Positions 30,801 through 38,418 of a stretch of 64,000 nucleotides of DNA are shown here, one piece after another. Made by a program: the position numbers and the translations under genes. Source of the stretch: Acidobacteriota bacterium (GTDB taxonomy: Bacteria; Acidobacteriota; Thermoanaerobaculia; Gp7-AA8); the NCBI GenBank assembly GCA_019244185.1, contig JAFATB010000022.1, forward strand, positions 224,001-288,000. Direction: 5' to 3'. Positions within the stretch are counted from its first letter, which is position 1. Every line of letters starts with the position of its first letter. The notes under the pieces were generated by a model. It was not told the origin of the DNA. It saw nothing but the letters and a program-made list of their open reading frames with translations, and did no database searches.

Positions 30801-30938
30801 AGCACGCTCAACTATCGCGGCGGCAAAACGCGGGCGGGGAACGCGATCGTCAGTCTGAACGCGAGCGGACAGCTCGCGCTGAAGAACGAAGGCTCGAGTG
30901 TGAACGTGCTCATCGATGTCACCGGCTATTTCAAGTAA
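27810..30938 (+). CDS. Secreted NHL-repeat (beta-propeller) protein with PKD/Ig-like domains and the CTD, copy 1
   Basis: Signal peptide; repeated DG.G.AARF..P.GIAVD..GN.YVAD...IRKI; CTD YLVTPCR...IDVTGYFK. Confidence 0.88.
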   Translation: MLKPSNAFLRRTLPLCLALVLLAPSVFAQALTVTRFAGSDSGPGYADGTGSAARVHDVRAIATDAAGNGYIVDRTQNVIRKMTPSGVVTTFAGREGASGFADGRGAAARFDSPEGIAVDDRGYVYVADSANGRIRVISPEGVVTSLTPAYAFNWPDGVAVDNVGNVYVAEVTGHTVRVIRPNGAVSLVAGSAGVSGTADGIGAAARFGNIFSLTWNRATGELLVAESDRIRKITIDRATLQGTVATVAVPGNYVNAVTVDASGVLYAAVSTSVVLRVSGGVASIYAGSQYHLQGSNDGSLDAARFIFPSGIAAAPGGVLYVVDFGTTDVRKLAGGFVTTIAGTPVRYGSSGGTCDTTQFRYPTDTVVDSHGNVFVADQLVIAKITPACQVQVFAGSYDHYVSHDGTGVNAAFSSLGTLAIDANDNLYAVDANAIRKITPAGVVTTYAGVADQSGSANGNGINARFSSPFGIAVDASGNVFVADQNHVIRKITTSGDVSLVAGAVGQQGSSDGTAGAARFNVPAGMAFGADGTLYVADYMNDTIRKITMPDAVVSTLAGSPGQWGWTDGTGASALFDAPSDVVIGSDGRLYVSDGNHVIRQIVGNVVSTVAGRARQSGNVDGTGQIARFHTNGGLSADTQGNLYIADVAAYNVRRARLPGIDDVATASTTTPALHTTVQLGTAPATATSWQWSIVRRPSGSTAELSSSISRTPTFAPDVADVYTLMLRAEGAAGVRYSTIDVAPTDPCSPIASVVATLSGSSCVASGSTATVNVSGGGAVTYQWGWRSVSAGTITPLPGKTSSAYTIDAADFGAGSPAYLVATVTSECGVVTTSNEVPVSTGPSATISASSNVFANAADNYASVSAAGASATYAWSITNGTISAGQGTNRIVYTAGASGEVVLSVTVTDGCPTTSEVHVPVVPRPAGASMLYLVTPCRVFDSRNGAPLANHSIRTVAIGGSCGVPVDARSIAANITVVAPATTGWVSLFPDANNWPGTSTLNYRGGKTRAGNAIVSLNASGQLALKNEGSSVNVLIDVTGYFK

Positions 30939-31020
30939 GGTGACGTCGATTCTGTTTTGACAGAGCCCGAGAGTCACCTCAGATCCCTCATCGCGGCCGT
31001 GCCGGTGATCGCGTACCGCG
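30939..31020 (+). pseudogene. Duplicated 5' fragment of the downstream flippase gene plus its upstream spacer
   Basis: Near-identical to 34324-34405 (MTEPESHLRSLIAAVPVIAYR), then breaks off. Confidence 0.85.
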
Positions 31021-31041
31021 CCGCCGGTACCGGGTCGCGCG

Positions 31042-31203
31042 GTGGTCTCGATGATCAACTTCGAGCCGGACCGATCCGGCGCTCGCGAACGGCATCATCG
31101 TCGGCCTCTCATCGGCGACAGGACCGTCCGTTGACAACGTTCGAACTCCAACGGCGCGCCGATTTTTCTTTGAGCATTTCGCGTTCCTCGCCGAAGGTCC
31201 ATC
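31042..31203 (+). pseudogene. Degenerate copy of the 3' part of the CTD-only gene and of the 27743-27809 leader
   Basis: GTGGTCTCGATGATCAACTTCGAGCCG...GCTCGCGAACGGCATCATCGTCGGCCTCTC matches 27569-27636 with indels; GCATTTC.CGTTCCTCGCCG.AGGTCCATCATG matches 27780-27812. Confidence 0.85.
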
Positions 31204-34200
31204 ATGCCCAAACCATCGGACGCACACGTGCGGCTCTCGTTCTGTCTCGTACTGCTCCTGCTTGCGTCCGCCTCGTTTGCACAGGAGCTCACCGTCACGC
31301 GTTTTGCCGGGACGGATGTGGGAAAGGGCCATACGGACGGCACCGGCAGCGACGCTCGATTCAGCATGCCCGAGGCGGTTGCTGTCGATTCCGCGGGCGA
31401 CGTCTACATCGCAGATTCCGAACAGAACGTCATACGCAAGATGACGCCGGCGGGGGTCGTGACGACGTTTGCGGGCCGGGTGGGCGTCGAAGGATCCGCT
31501 GACGGTCATGGCGGTGCGGCGAGTTTCTCAGCGCCGCGAGGAATCGCGGTCGACTCGCGCGGATACGTCTATGTCGCCGATCGTGATTCCGGAGCGGTTC
31601 GCCGGATCTCGCCGCAGGGCGTCGTAACTCACGTCGTCCCTGCCGGCACCTTTCAGTATCCGCAAGGGATCGCCGTGGACAACCTCGGCAACATCTACCT
31701 TTCAGACGGTTACTTCGGACAGGTTTATGTGATTCGTCCGGACGGCAACGTGTCGCTGGTGGCGGGATCCACGACACCGGGGCACGCCGACGGGATCAGT
31801 GATCAGGCGTCGTTCTACGCCATCTATGGACTTGCGTGGAACGCGCAGACCGGCGAGCTGCTCGTTGCAGATGATGATCGCGTTCGGAAAATCGCGATCA
31901 ATTCATCGACGCTGGTGGGAACCGTCACGACGGTCGCGGTTCTCGAACCCGACGTTTTGGCGGTCACGGTCGATGCGTCGGGCGTCGTTTACGCCGCGCT
32001 CGATACCGACGCGATCATGCGCATCAGTGGTGGCTCAGCCACCGTCTATGCGGGCGCCGGGATGCCGACGGGTTCGGACGATGGTGCGCTGATCCAGGCG
32101 CGGTTCCTCTATCCGAGGGGCATTGCTGCCGCACCTGGCGGAGTGCTGTACGTGGTCGATGCGGAAGGACAGAACGTACGGAAGATCGCCGGCGGATTCG
32201 TCTCAACGATCGCGGGTACCGCGGCGCCATCGGGCTTGTCCGGCGGCACGTGCGACACAGTTCGGTTTTCCGCGCCGATTGCCACTGTCCGGGACAGGCA
32301 CGGTAATCTGTTCGTGTCCGATTTTCAGAACTCGACCATCGACAAAATCACGCCGGCCTGTCAGGTGGAAGTATTCGCCGGCCGCGCCAATCAATTCATC
32401 GCTCAGGACGGCACGGGCACCGATGCGTCGTTCTGGTCTCTCGGCTCGCTCGCGATCGACGCGAATGACAATCTGTTTGTTGCTGACGGTCATGCCGTTC
32501 GCAAGATCGCGCCGGATGCCGTGGTCACGACGTACGCGGGAAACCCTAATATCCCAGGTACTGCCGACGGCGATGGCGCCAGCGCGCGCTTCCATTACGT
32601 GGACAGGCTTGCCGTCGATGCCGCCGGAAACGTCTTCGTCACCGATGAATCGCACCGCATCCGGAAGATCTCCACGTCACGTGACGTCAGCGTCGTTGCC
32701 GGCGGCCTCAATGATCCCGGCTCCAGCGATGGAACGGGTACCGCGGCGCGGTTCGATGAACCGGCTGGACTGGCGTTCGGTCCGGACGGCGCGTTGTATG
32801 TCGCCGATGCCTTCAACCGCACCATCCGGAAGGTGACGATGCCGGACGCCGTCGTCACGACGATCGCCGGCGCGCCGGAAACGATCGGTTCCGCCGATGG
32901 GACTGGTGCCGATGCGCGCTTCAACCTGCCGTTTGACCTCGCTTTCGGGAGCGACGGCAATCTGTACGTTTCCGATGAGCCAGGCACGATCCGGCGGATC
33001 GCGGGGAATGTCGTAACGACGGTGGCCGGCCTCCAGGAGCAGCAGGGGAACGTCTCCGGCACGGGAAGGCTCGCGCGCCTCGGGTATGCCGGCGGACTCA
33101 CCGCTGATGCGCAGGGCAATCTTTTCATCATCGACGGTGGCGCGAAGAACATTCGGCGCGCGCAACTCCCGGGGATCGCCGACATTGCCACCGCATCGAC
33201 GACCACGCCTGCGATCCACACCGTCGTGCAACTCGGAACGGCGCCCGATAGCGCGACGAGCTGGCAGTGGAGCATCGTGCGGCGGCCCTCCGGTTCGACC
33301 GCCGAGCTTTCGTCGACGAACATTCGCAATCCCACCTTCACGCCCGATGTCGCGGACCTTTACACGCTGGTGCTACGGGCGGAAGGTCCAGCCGGCGTCC
33401 GCTACTCGAGCGTCGATCTGCTGCCCACCGATTCGTGCGGACTGATCGCATCGGTGGTGGCGACGCTCGACTCGTCCTGTCTCGGAGGCGGAGGAACGGC
33501 GACGGTCACCGTCACCGGTGGTGGCGCGGTCACGTATCAATGGGGTTGGCGTGCGATCTCCGGCGGCACGATCACGCCGCTCGCCGGCAAGACGTCCGCT
33601 ACGTACACGTTGAACGCCGCCGACTTCAGCAGCAGTACGCCCAAGTATCTCGTCGCCGTGGTGACGTCGGAATGCGGCGTCGTGACGTCGTCGAACGAGT
33701 TGCGCATCACCGCGGCCCCGTCGATCGTAATCTCCGCGAGCAGTCGCGTCTTTTCCGGGACGACGGCAAACTACGCCTCCGTGTCTACCGCCGGAGCGTC
33801 CGCGACCTACGCATGGTCGATCACCAACGGCACCATCACCGCGGGGCAGGGGACGAATCGCATCGTCTACACCGCGGGAGCGAGCGGCGAAGTCGTGCTG
33901 AGCGTGACGGTCACCGACGGCTGTCCCACGACGAGCGAGGTGCATGTGCCGGTCGTGCCGCGTCCCGCGGGTGCATCGATGCTGTATCTCGTCACGCCGT
34001 GCCGCGTGTTCGACAGCCGTAACGGCGCGCCGCTCACGAATCACAGCATTCGCACGGTCGCGATCGGAGGCTCGTGCGGCGTGCCGGTGGACGCGCGGAG
34101 CATCGCGGCGAACATCACCGTCGTCGCGCCGGCGACGACCGGATGGGTCTCGCTCTTTCCCGACGCGAACAACTGGCCGGGCACGAGCACGCTCAACTAT

Positions 34201-34323
34201 CGCGGCGGCAAAACGCGGGCGGGGAACGCGATCGTCAGTCTGAACGCGAGCGGACAGCTGGCGCTGAAGAACGAAGGCTCGAGTGTCAACGTGCTCATCG
34301 ATGTCACCGGCTATTTCAAGTAA
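31204..34323 (+). CDS. Secreted NHL-repeat protein with PKD/Ig-like domains and the CTD, copy 2 (tandem paralog)
   Basis: Colinear with 27810-30938; last ~180 aa almost identical. Confidence 0.88.
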   Translation: MPKPSDAHVRLSFCLVLLLLASASFAQELTVTRFAGTDVGKGHTDGTGSDARFSMPEAVAVDSAGDVYIADSEQNVIRKMTPAGVVTTFAGRVGVEGSADGHGGAASFSAPRGIAVDSRGYVYVADRDSGAVRRISPQGVVTHVVPAGTFQYPQGIAVDNLGNIYLSDGYFGQVYVIRPDGNVSLVAGSTTPGHADGISDQASFYAIYGLAWNAQTGELLVADDDRVRKIAINSSTLVGTVTTVAVLEPDVLAVTVDASGVVYAALDTDAIMRISGGSATVYAGAGMPTGSDDGALIQARFLYPRGIAAAPGGVLYVVDAEGQNVRKIAGGFVSTIAGTAAPSGLSGGTCDTVRFSAPIATVRDRHGNLFVSDFQNSTIDKITPACQVEVFAGRANQFIAQDGTGTDASFWSLGSLAIDANDNLFVADGHAVRKIAPDAVVTTYAGNPNIPGTADGDGASARFHYVDRLAVDAAGNVFVTDESHRIRKISTSRDVSVVAGGLNDPGSSDGTGTAARFDEPAGLAFGPDGALYVADAFNRTIRKVTMPDAVVTTIAGAPETIGSADGTGADARFNLPFDLAFGSDGNLYVSDEPGTIRRIAGNVVTTVAGLQEQQGNVSGTGRLARLGYAGGLTADAQGNLFIIDGGAKNIRRAQLPGIADIATASTTTPAIHTVVQLGTAPDSATSWQWSIVRRPSGSTAELSSTNIRNPTFTPDVADLYTLVLRAEGPAGVRYSSVDLLPTDSCGLIASVVATLDSSCLGGGGTATVTVTGGGAVTYQWGWRAISGGTITPLAGKTSATYTLNAADFSSSTPKYLVAVVTSECGVVTSSNELRITAAPSIVISASSRVFSGTTANYASVSTAGASATYAWSITNGTITAGQGTNRIVYTAGASGEVVLSVTVTDGCPTTSEVHVPVVPRPAGASMLYLVTPCRVFDSRNGAPLTNHSIRTVAIGGSCGVPVDARSIAANITVVAPATTGWVSLFPDANNWPGTSTLNYRGGKTRAGNAIVSLNASGQLALKNEGSSVNVLIDVTGYFK

Positions 34324-34341
34324 GGTGACGTCGATTCCGTT

Positions 34342-35556
34342 TTGACAGAGCCCGAGAGTCACCTCAGATCCCTCATCGCGGCCGTGCCGGTGATCGCGTA
34401 CCGCGCGGCCGCCGGCGGCATGCCGATCCTCCTCGGCCTCTTCATCGCGCACCGGTGGGGCGTGACGGAGGTGGCGCCGTTCGCGGTGGCCAACGCGATC
34501 GTGGCGGTGGCGCTGGTCGTGGCGGACTGGGGGGCAACGCGCGCGCTGCCGCGCAATCTCGCGATGCTCGCGGGTGACGCCGGCGCGCGTTTCCTCGCAT
34601 CGGCGAACGCCTTTCGTCTGCTCATCTCCGCGGCGATGGTCGTGCTCGCGGCGGTGCTCGCCGCGGCCGGCGTTATTCAGCGCGACGTCGCGATTTATCT
34701 CGCGATCCTGTTTCCGCTGTGCGTGCTCTCGCTCGTCTCGACCAACGCGCTGAGCGAGCGCATCGTCGTGCGCGACACCCGTCGCGTCGGCATCGCCGTC
34801 GGCTCCGGATTGTCGGCGTTCGCATTGCTCGCCGCGCTTGCCGTGCGCGCGCACGAAGGGCCGCGCTGGTTCGTCGCCGCGTACGTCGCCGGAAAGCTCG
34901 TCGAATCGCTCGTGATGTCTACCGGACGATGGTGGGTGCTCGCAGTGCAGTCGCACGAGCTGCGCGCGACGGCCGCGAGTCTCTGGCCATTCGGCGCGCA
35001 GATGATCCTCGGCGTGATCTATTCGCGCCTCTCCGTCTTCACCGTGGAGCACATGGCATCGCGGACGGAGCTCGGCGTCTTCTCCGTCGCGGCGGCGCTG
35101 CAGTCGGCGCTGCTGCTCATCCCCACGTCGCTCGCGCTGATCTATTTCCCCGAGATGACGCGCCTCGCGAACGACGCGCGCGGCGTGCGCACGATCCTGG
35201 TTCGATATACGATCATCTCCGCAACCGGCGTGACATGTGGATTGACGGCCTTGGGCGTGTTTGCGTCTCGTGTAACGGCTGTTCTGAAGGTGCCGCGCGC
35301 CTTCACGCCGTTCGTCGTCGCGTTCGCGGCGCTGGCGCTGCTGAGTATCTTCAGCACGATCGCCGGCTTTCTCATGCAGGCGCGCGGGCAGGAACATCGC
35401 GCCGCGCGACTCTCGATCGTGACGCTCGGACTCGCGCTCGTCTATCAGCTGACGGCGTTGCACTGGTGGGGACTTCCAGGCATCATCGCGGCCGTCGCGG
35501 CGGCGGAGCTCACCACGGTCGCGGTCTTCGGCGCGGCGTTGCGGCGCGCCGCCTGA
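34342..35556 (+). CDS. Wzx-like oligosaccharide flippase
   Basis: About 12 hydrophobic segments; ADWG, IYSR, ELGVFSVA, YFP patterns typical of PST exporters; glycan-locus context. Confidence 0.7.
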   Translation: MTEPESHLRSLIAAVPVIAYRAAAGGMPILLGLFIAHRWGVTEVAPFAVANAIVAVALVVADWGATRALPRNLAMLAGDAGARFLASANAFRLLISAAMVVLAAVLAAAGVIQRDVAIYLAILFPLCVLSLVSTNALSERIVVRDTRRVGIAVGSGLSAFALLAALAVRAHEGPRWFVAAYVAGKLVESLVMSTGRWWVLAVQSHELRATAASLWPFGAQMILGVIYSRLSVFTVEHMASRTELGVFSVAAALQSALLLIPTSLALIYFPEMTRLANDARGVRTILVRYTIISATGVTCGLTALGVFASRVTAVLKVPRAFTPFVVAFAALALLSIFSTIAGFLMQARGQEHRAARLSIVTLGLALVYQLTALHWWGLPGIIAAVAAAELTTVAVFGAALRRAA

Positions 35557-35569
35557 CGAGAGGCCGCGC

Positions 35570-36214
35570 GTGACGGTCATCGACAAACGCCGCGTCCTCG
35601 AACGACCGGACGCGCTGCGCGACGTCGTCATCGAGCTCGGCTGCGGTCCGGCCAAGCGCCATCCGAACTCGATCGCCGTCGATCTGATCGATACGGACGC
35701 GGCCGACATCGTCGGCGATGCGCTCGAAGTGCTGCAACGCTTCCCCGACGCGAGCGCGCGGCTCGTGACCTCGTCGCACTTTCTCGAGCACGTCAGCGAT
35801 CCCGCGCCGCTGCTCGACGAGATGAGCCGTCTGCTCGCGCCGGGAGGCACGATCGAGATCGTGGTGCCGCATTTCTCGCATCCGTACTTTCACTCCGATC
35901 CGACGCATGCGAATCGTCTCGGCTTCGGCTTGTACACGATGTCGTATTACGCGCGCGATCCGATCTTCCGGCGGCAGGTGCCGGGCTACGTGCGCCGAGA
36001 CCGGCTCACGTTGCGCAGCGTCGATCTGCACTTCAAATCCGCGCGGCCGTTCTATGGCCGCTACGCGATCAAACGCGTCCTCGGCACACTCTTCAACTCC
36101 TGCCGCTATCTGCAGGAGCTGTGGGAAGAGAACCTCTGCTACATCTTTCCCTGCTACGAGATCCGCTACGTCCTCGGGCGCACCGACGACGTCGCGCGGC
36201 GGCGAGCCGAATGA
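35570..36214 (+). CDS. Class I SAM-dependent methyltransferase domain protein
   Basis: IELGCG, SHFLEH, RLLAPGG, VPHFS..DPTH. Confidence 0.8.
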   Translation: MTVIDKRRVLERPDALRDVVIELGCGPAKRHPNSIAVDLIDTDAADIVGDALEVLQRFPDASARLVTSSHFLEHVSDPAPLLDEMSRLLAPGGTIEIVVPHFSHPYFHSDPTHANRLGFGLYTMSYYARDPIFRRQVPGYVRRDRLTLRSVDLHFKSARPFYGRYAIKRVLGTLFNSCRYLQELWEENLCYIFPCYEIRYVLGRTDDVARRRAE

Positions 36215-37314
36215 GCGCGCCGCTGCGGATTCTCGGATTGTCCACGTACCCGGAGCACGCGGCGGCGACGCGTTACCGTCTGCTGCAGTACGTCGCGCCG
36301 CTCGCCGCTGAGGGGATCGCGCTCGACGTGCGGCCGTTTCTCACCGATCGCGTGTTCGACACGCTTTATGACCGCCGCCGCATGCTGCGTACCGCGGGTG
36401 GCATCACCGCGGGTATCGTGCGCCGCGCGTGCGACGTCACGCGTCTCGGGGCGTACGACGCCGCGTTCGTACAACGCGAGGCCGCGCTCATCGGACCGCC
36501 GTTCTTCGAATGGCTGGTGCAGCGTCGCATGCCCTTGGTTCTCGACCTCGACGACTCGACGTACATCGGGCAGCGGAGCGACGTCTTCGGCGTGGTCGCG
36601 GCGCTCCTCAAGTCGCGCAAGAAGCCGGAACGCCTCATCCGCTGGTCCGAACACGTCGTCTGCGGCAACCCGACCATCGCCGCGTACGTCGCGCAGTTCG
36701 GCGTCCCGACGACCGTGCTGCCGACGATCGTCGACGTCGCGCGATTCGTGCCGCGCGCGACGCCAGGCGACGGCGTGCCGGTCATCGGCTGGATCGGGAC
36801 GCATTCGACGTTCGCGTACTTTCGACGGCTCGTGCCGCTGCTCGAAGCGCTCGCGCGGCGCGAGCGGTTTCGCGTGCGCATCGTCGGCGCGGGCGTCGAT
36901 GATGTGCGCATCGCGGGCGTGGAGGTCGAGTCGCTGCCGTGGAAGCTCGAACGCGAGCTCGCCGACCTGCAGTCGTTCGACGTCGCCGTGTATCCGATCG
37001 CTTCCGACGCGTGGGCGGCGGGGAAGTCGGGCTTCAAGGCGATCCAGTATCTCTCCTGCGGCATTCCGTACGTCGCGTCACCGGTGGGCGTGACCGCCGA
37101 CATCGGCGTCGCCGGCGAAACGAACTTTTTCGCGACGACCGATGATGAATGGATCGATGCGCTCGCGCGGCTGCTGCGCGACGCGGAGCTGCGCGCGGCG
37201 ATGGCGCGGCGGGGGAGGGCGTACGCGGTCGAGCACTATTCGCGAGCGCGAACGGCGGAAGTGCTCGCCGGCGTCTTGCGCGCGGCTGCCGAAAAAAAAC
37301 GCAGCCGCCCGTGA
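36211..37314 (+). CDS. Glycosyltransferase family 4 (GT-B)
   Basis: Start MSAPLRIL; TRYR, DLDD, IGWIG, KSGFKAIQYLSCGIP..ASPVG. Confidence 0.88.
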   Translation: MSAPLRILGLSTYPEHAAATRYRLLQYVAPLAAEGIALDVRPFLTDRVFDTLYDRRRMLRTAGGITAGIVRRACDVTRLGAYDAAFVQREAALIGPPFFEWLVQRRMPLVLDLDDSTYIGQRSDVFGVVAALLKSRKKPERLIRWSEHVVCGNPTIAAYVAQFGVPTTVLPTIVDVARFVPRATPGDGVPVIGWIGTHSTFAYFRRLVPLLEALARRERFRVRIVGAGVDDVRIAGVEVESLPWKLERELADLQSFDVAVYPIASDAWAAGKSGFKAIQYLSCGIPYVASPVGVTADIGVAGETNFFATTDDEWIDALARLLRDAELRAAMARRGRAYAVEHYSRARTAEVLAGVLRAAAEKKRSRP

Positions 37315-37325
37315 GGGCGGCTGCG
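37292..37325 (-). terminator. Intrinsic terminator for the minus-strand beta-helix gene
   Basis: A8 followed by CGCAGCCGCCC-GTGA-GGGCGGCTGCG; the GT4 stop codon lies in the loop. Confidence 0.75.
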
Positions 37326-37348
37326 CGGGGACTGCGGATGCCGTCGCG

Positions 37349-38287
37349 TTACTGGTTGCTAGGGACGCAGGTGCCGGTGAAGGCGCCCGGCGCGCCGCCG
37401 GTGACGCGGTTGTTCTGATACGTGCACAGCTCGCCCGAGGCGGCGCTCACGCTCGTGCCGTTGCCCTCGATGAGGGTGTTGGCGACGCGCGTGAAGGCGT
37501 TCGCGCCCGAGTTGCGGATGCCGATGCTCGCGTTGTGACCGACTTCGTCGCCGTCGAGGACGATGGTGACGCTGGCGGCGGTCGTCGACTGCGCGAACAC
37601 GCCGTCGACGGTGTTCTCGGAGACGCGGCTGCGGAAGATGCTGACGTTGCTCGCGGCGGTGCTCGAATCCTGTGCGAGGACGCCGGTCGCGTTCTTGTGG
37701 ATCGACGAGTCGAAGATCGAGACGCGCGCGATGCCGCCGGCCGCCGGCTTCACGAGGATGCCCGCGCCGCCCGCCTGCGTGATCGTCGTGCCCTGCACGA
37801 TGAGGCGCGCGAGGCTGTTCGGCTCGAAATCGATGCCCTGGCCCGAGAACTGTTCGATCGAGCAGTTCTCGACCGTCAGCGAATCACCGGCGATGAAGCG
37901 GATGCCGTTGATGCCGAGGGTCGTACCCGATCCGTCGATCAGGATGTTCCGCAGGACCACGTCGCGGTTCGTGCCGCTGGTGATGTTGATCACAAAACCG
38001 TTCGTGCCCGAGGCCAGCGCTGAGGCCAGCGTGCCGTTGCCTTCGATCGTGATCGGTTTGGTGATGGTCAGCGCACCGTACCCGCCCGGATCGAGGGCAT
38101 CGATGATGCCGCCGCTGGCGGTCTTCGAGATTGCCCCTGCGAACGTCTTGCAGGGCGCGGTGCGGCTGCACGGGTTGACGTCGTCACCGACGCCGGAGAC
38201 CCATGTTCTTGTAGCCTGTGCCTGGACGGTTGCAGGGACGACTAGCAACGCAGCCAGAAGGATGTTTTTCCATCCCGGTACTCGCAT
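37349..38287 (-). CDS. Secreted right-handed parallel beta-helix protein
   Basis: AAGGAGGA RBS; signal peptide; RTWVSGVGDDVNPCSRTAPCKTFAGA then N..G.GI repeats. Confidence 0.85.
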   Translation of the reverse strand: MRVPGWKNILLAALLVVPATVQAQATRTWVSGVGDDVNPCSRTAPCKTFAGAISKTASGGIIDALDPGGYGALTITKPITIEGNGTLASALASGTNGFVINITSGTNRDVVLRNILIDGSGTTLGINGIRFIAGDSLTVENCSIEQFSGQGIDFEPNSLARLIVQGTTITQAGGAGILVKPAAGGIARVSIFDSSIHKNATGVLAQDSSTAASNVSIFRSRVSENTVDGVFAQSTTAASVTIVLDGDEVGHNASIGIRNSGANAFTRVANTLIEGNGTSVSAASGELCTYQNNRVTGGAPGAFTGTCVPSNQ

Positions 38288-38346
38288 TCAATTCCTCCTT
38301 AGTTTTGTGGACGGAGTGAAGTATACGCTCCTTTGCGGCACGCGTC

Positions 38347-38360
38347 GTGACGCGCGTCAC
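38347..38360. promoter_or_regulatory. CRP/FNR-type palindrome GTGACGCGCGTCAC between divergent -10 boxes
   Basis: TATACT on - (38325-38320) and TAGACT on + (38381-38386) flank it almost symmetrically. Confidence 0.55.
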
Positions 38361-38418
38361 GGGCCACTTCTTTTTGCTGGTAGACTGGAAAAAATTCGAC
38401 GCGCGATGCCCTGACCCC

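Noticed and set aside
30957-31502. 181-aa ORF starting like the flippase
   Set aside because: It is a chimeric read-through of duplication debris that runs out of frame into the NHL gene
30384-34405. Diversity-generating retroelement template/variable repeat pair
   Set aside because: No reverse transcriptase in the window, both copies are coding, and the differences are not adenine-specific
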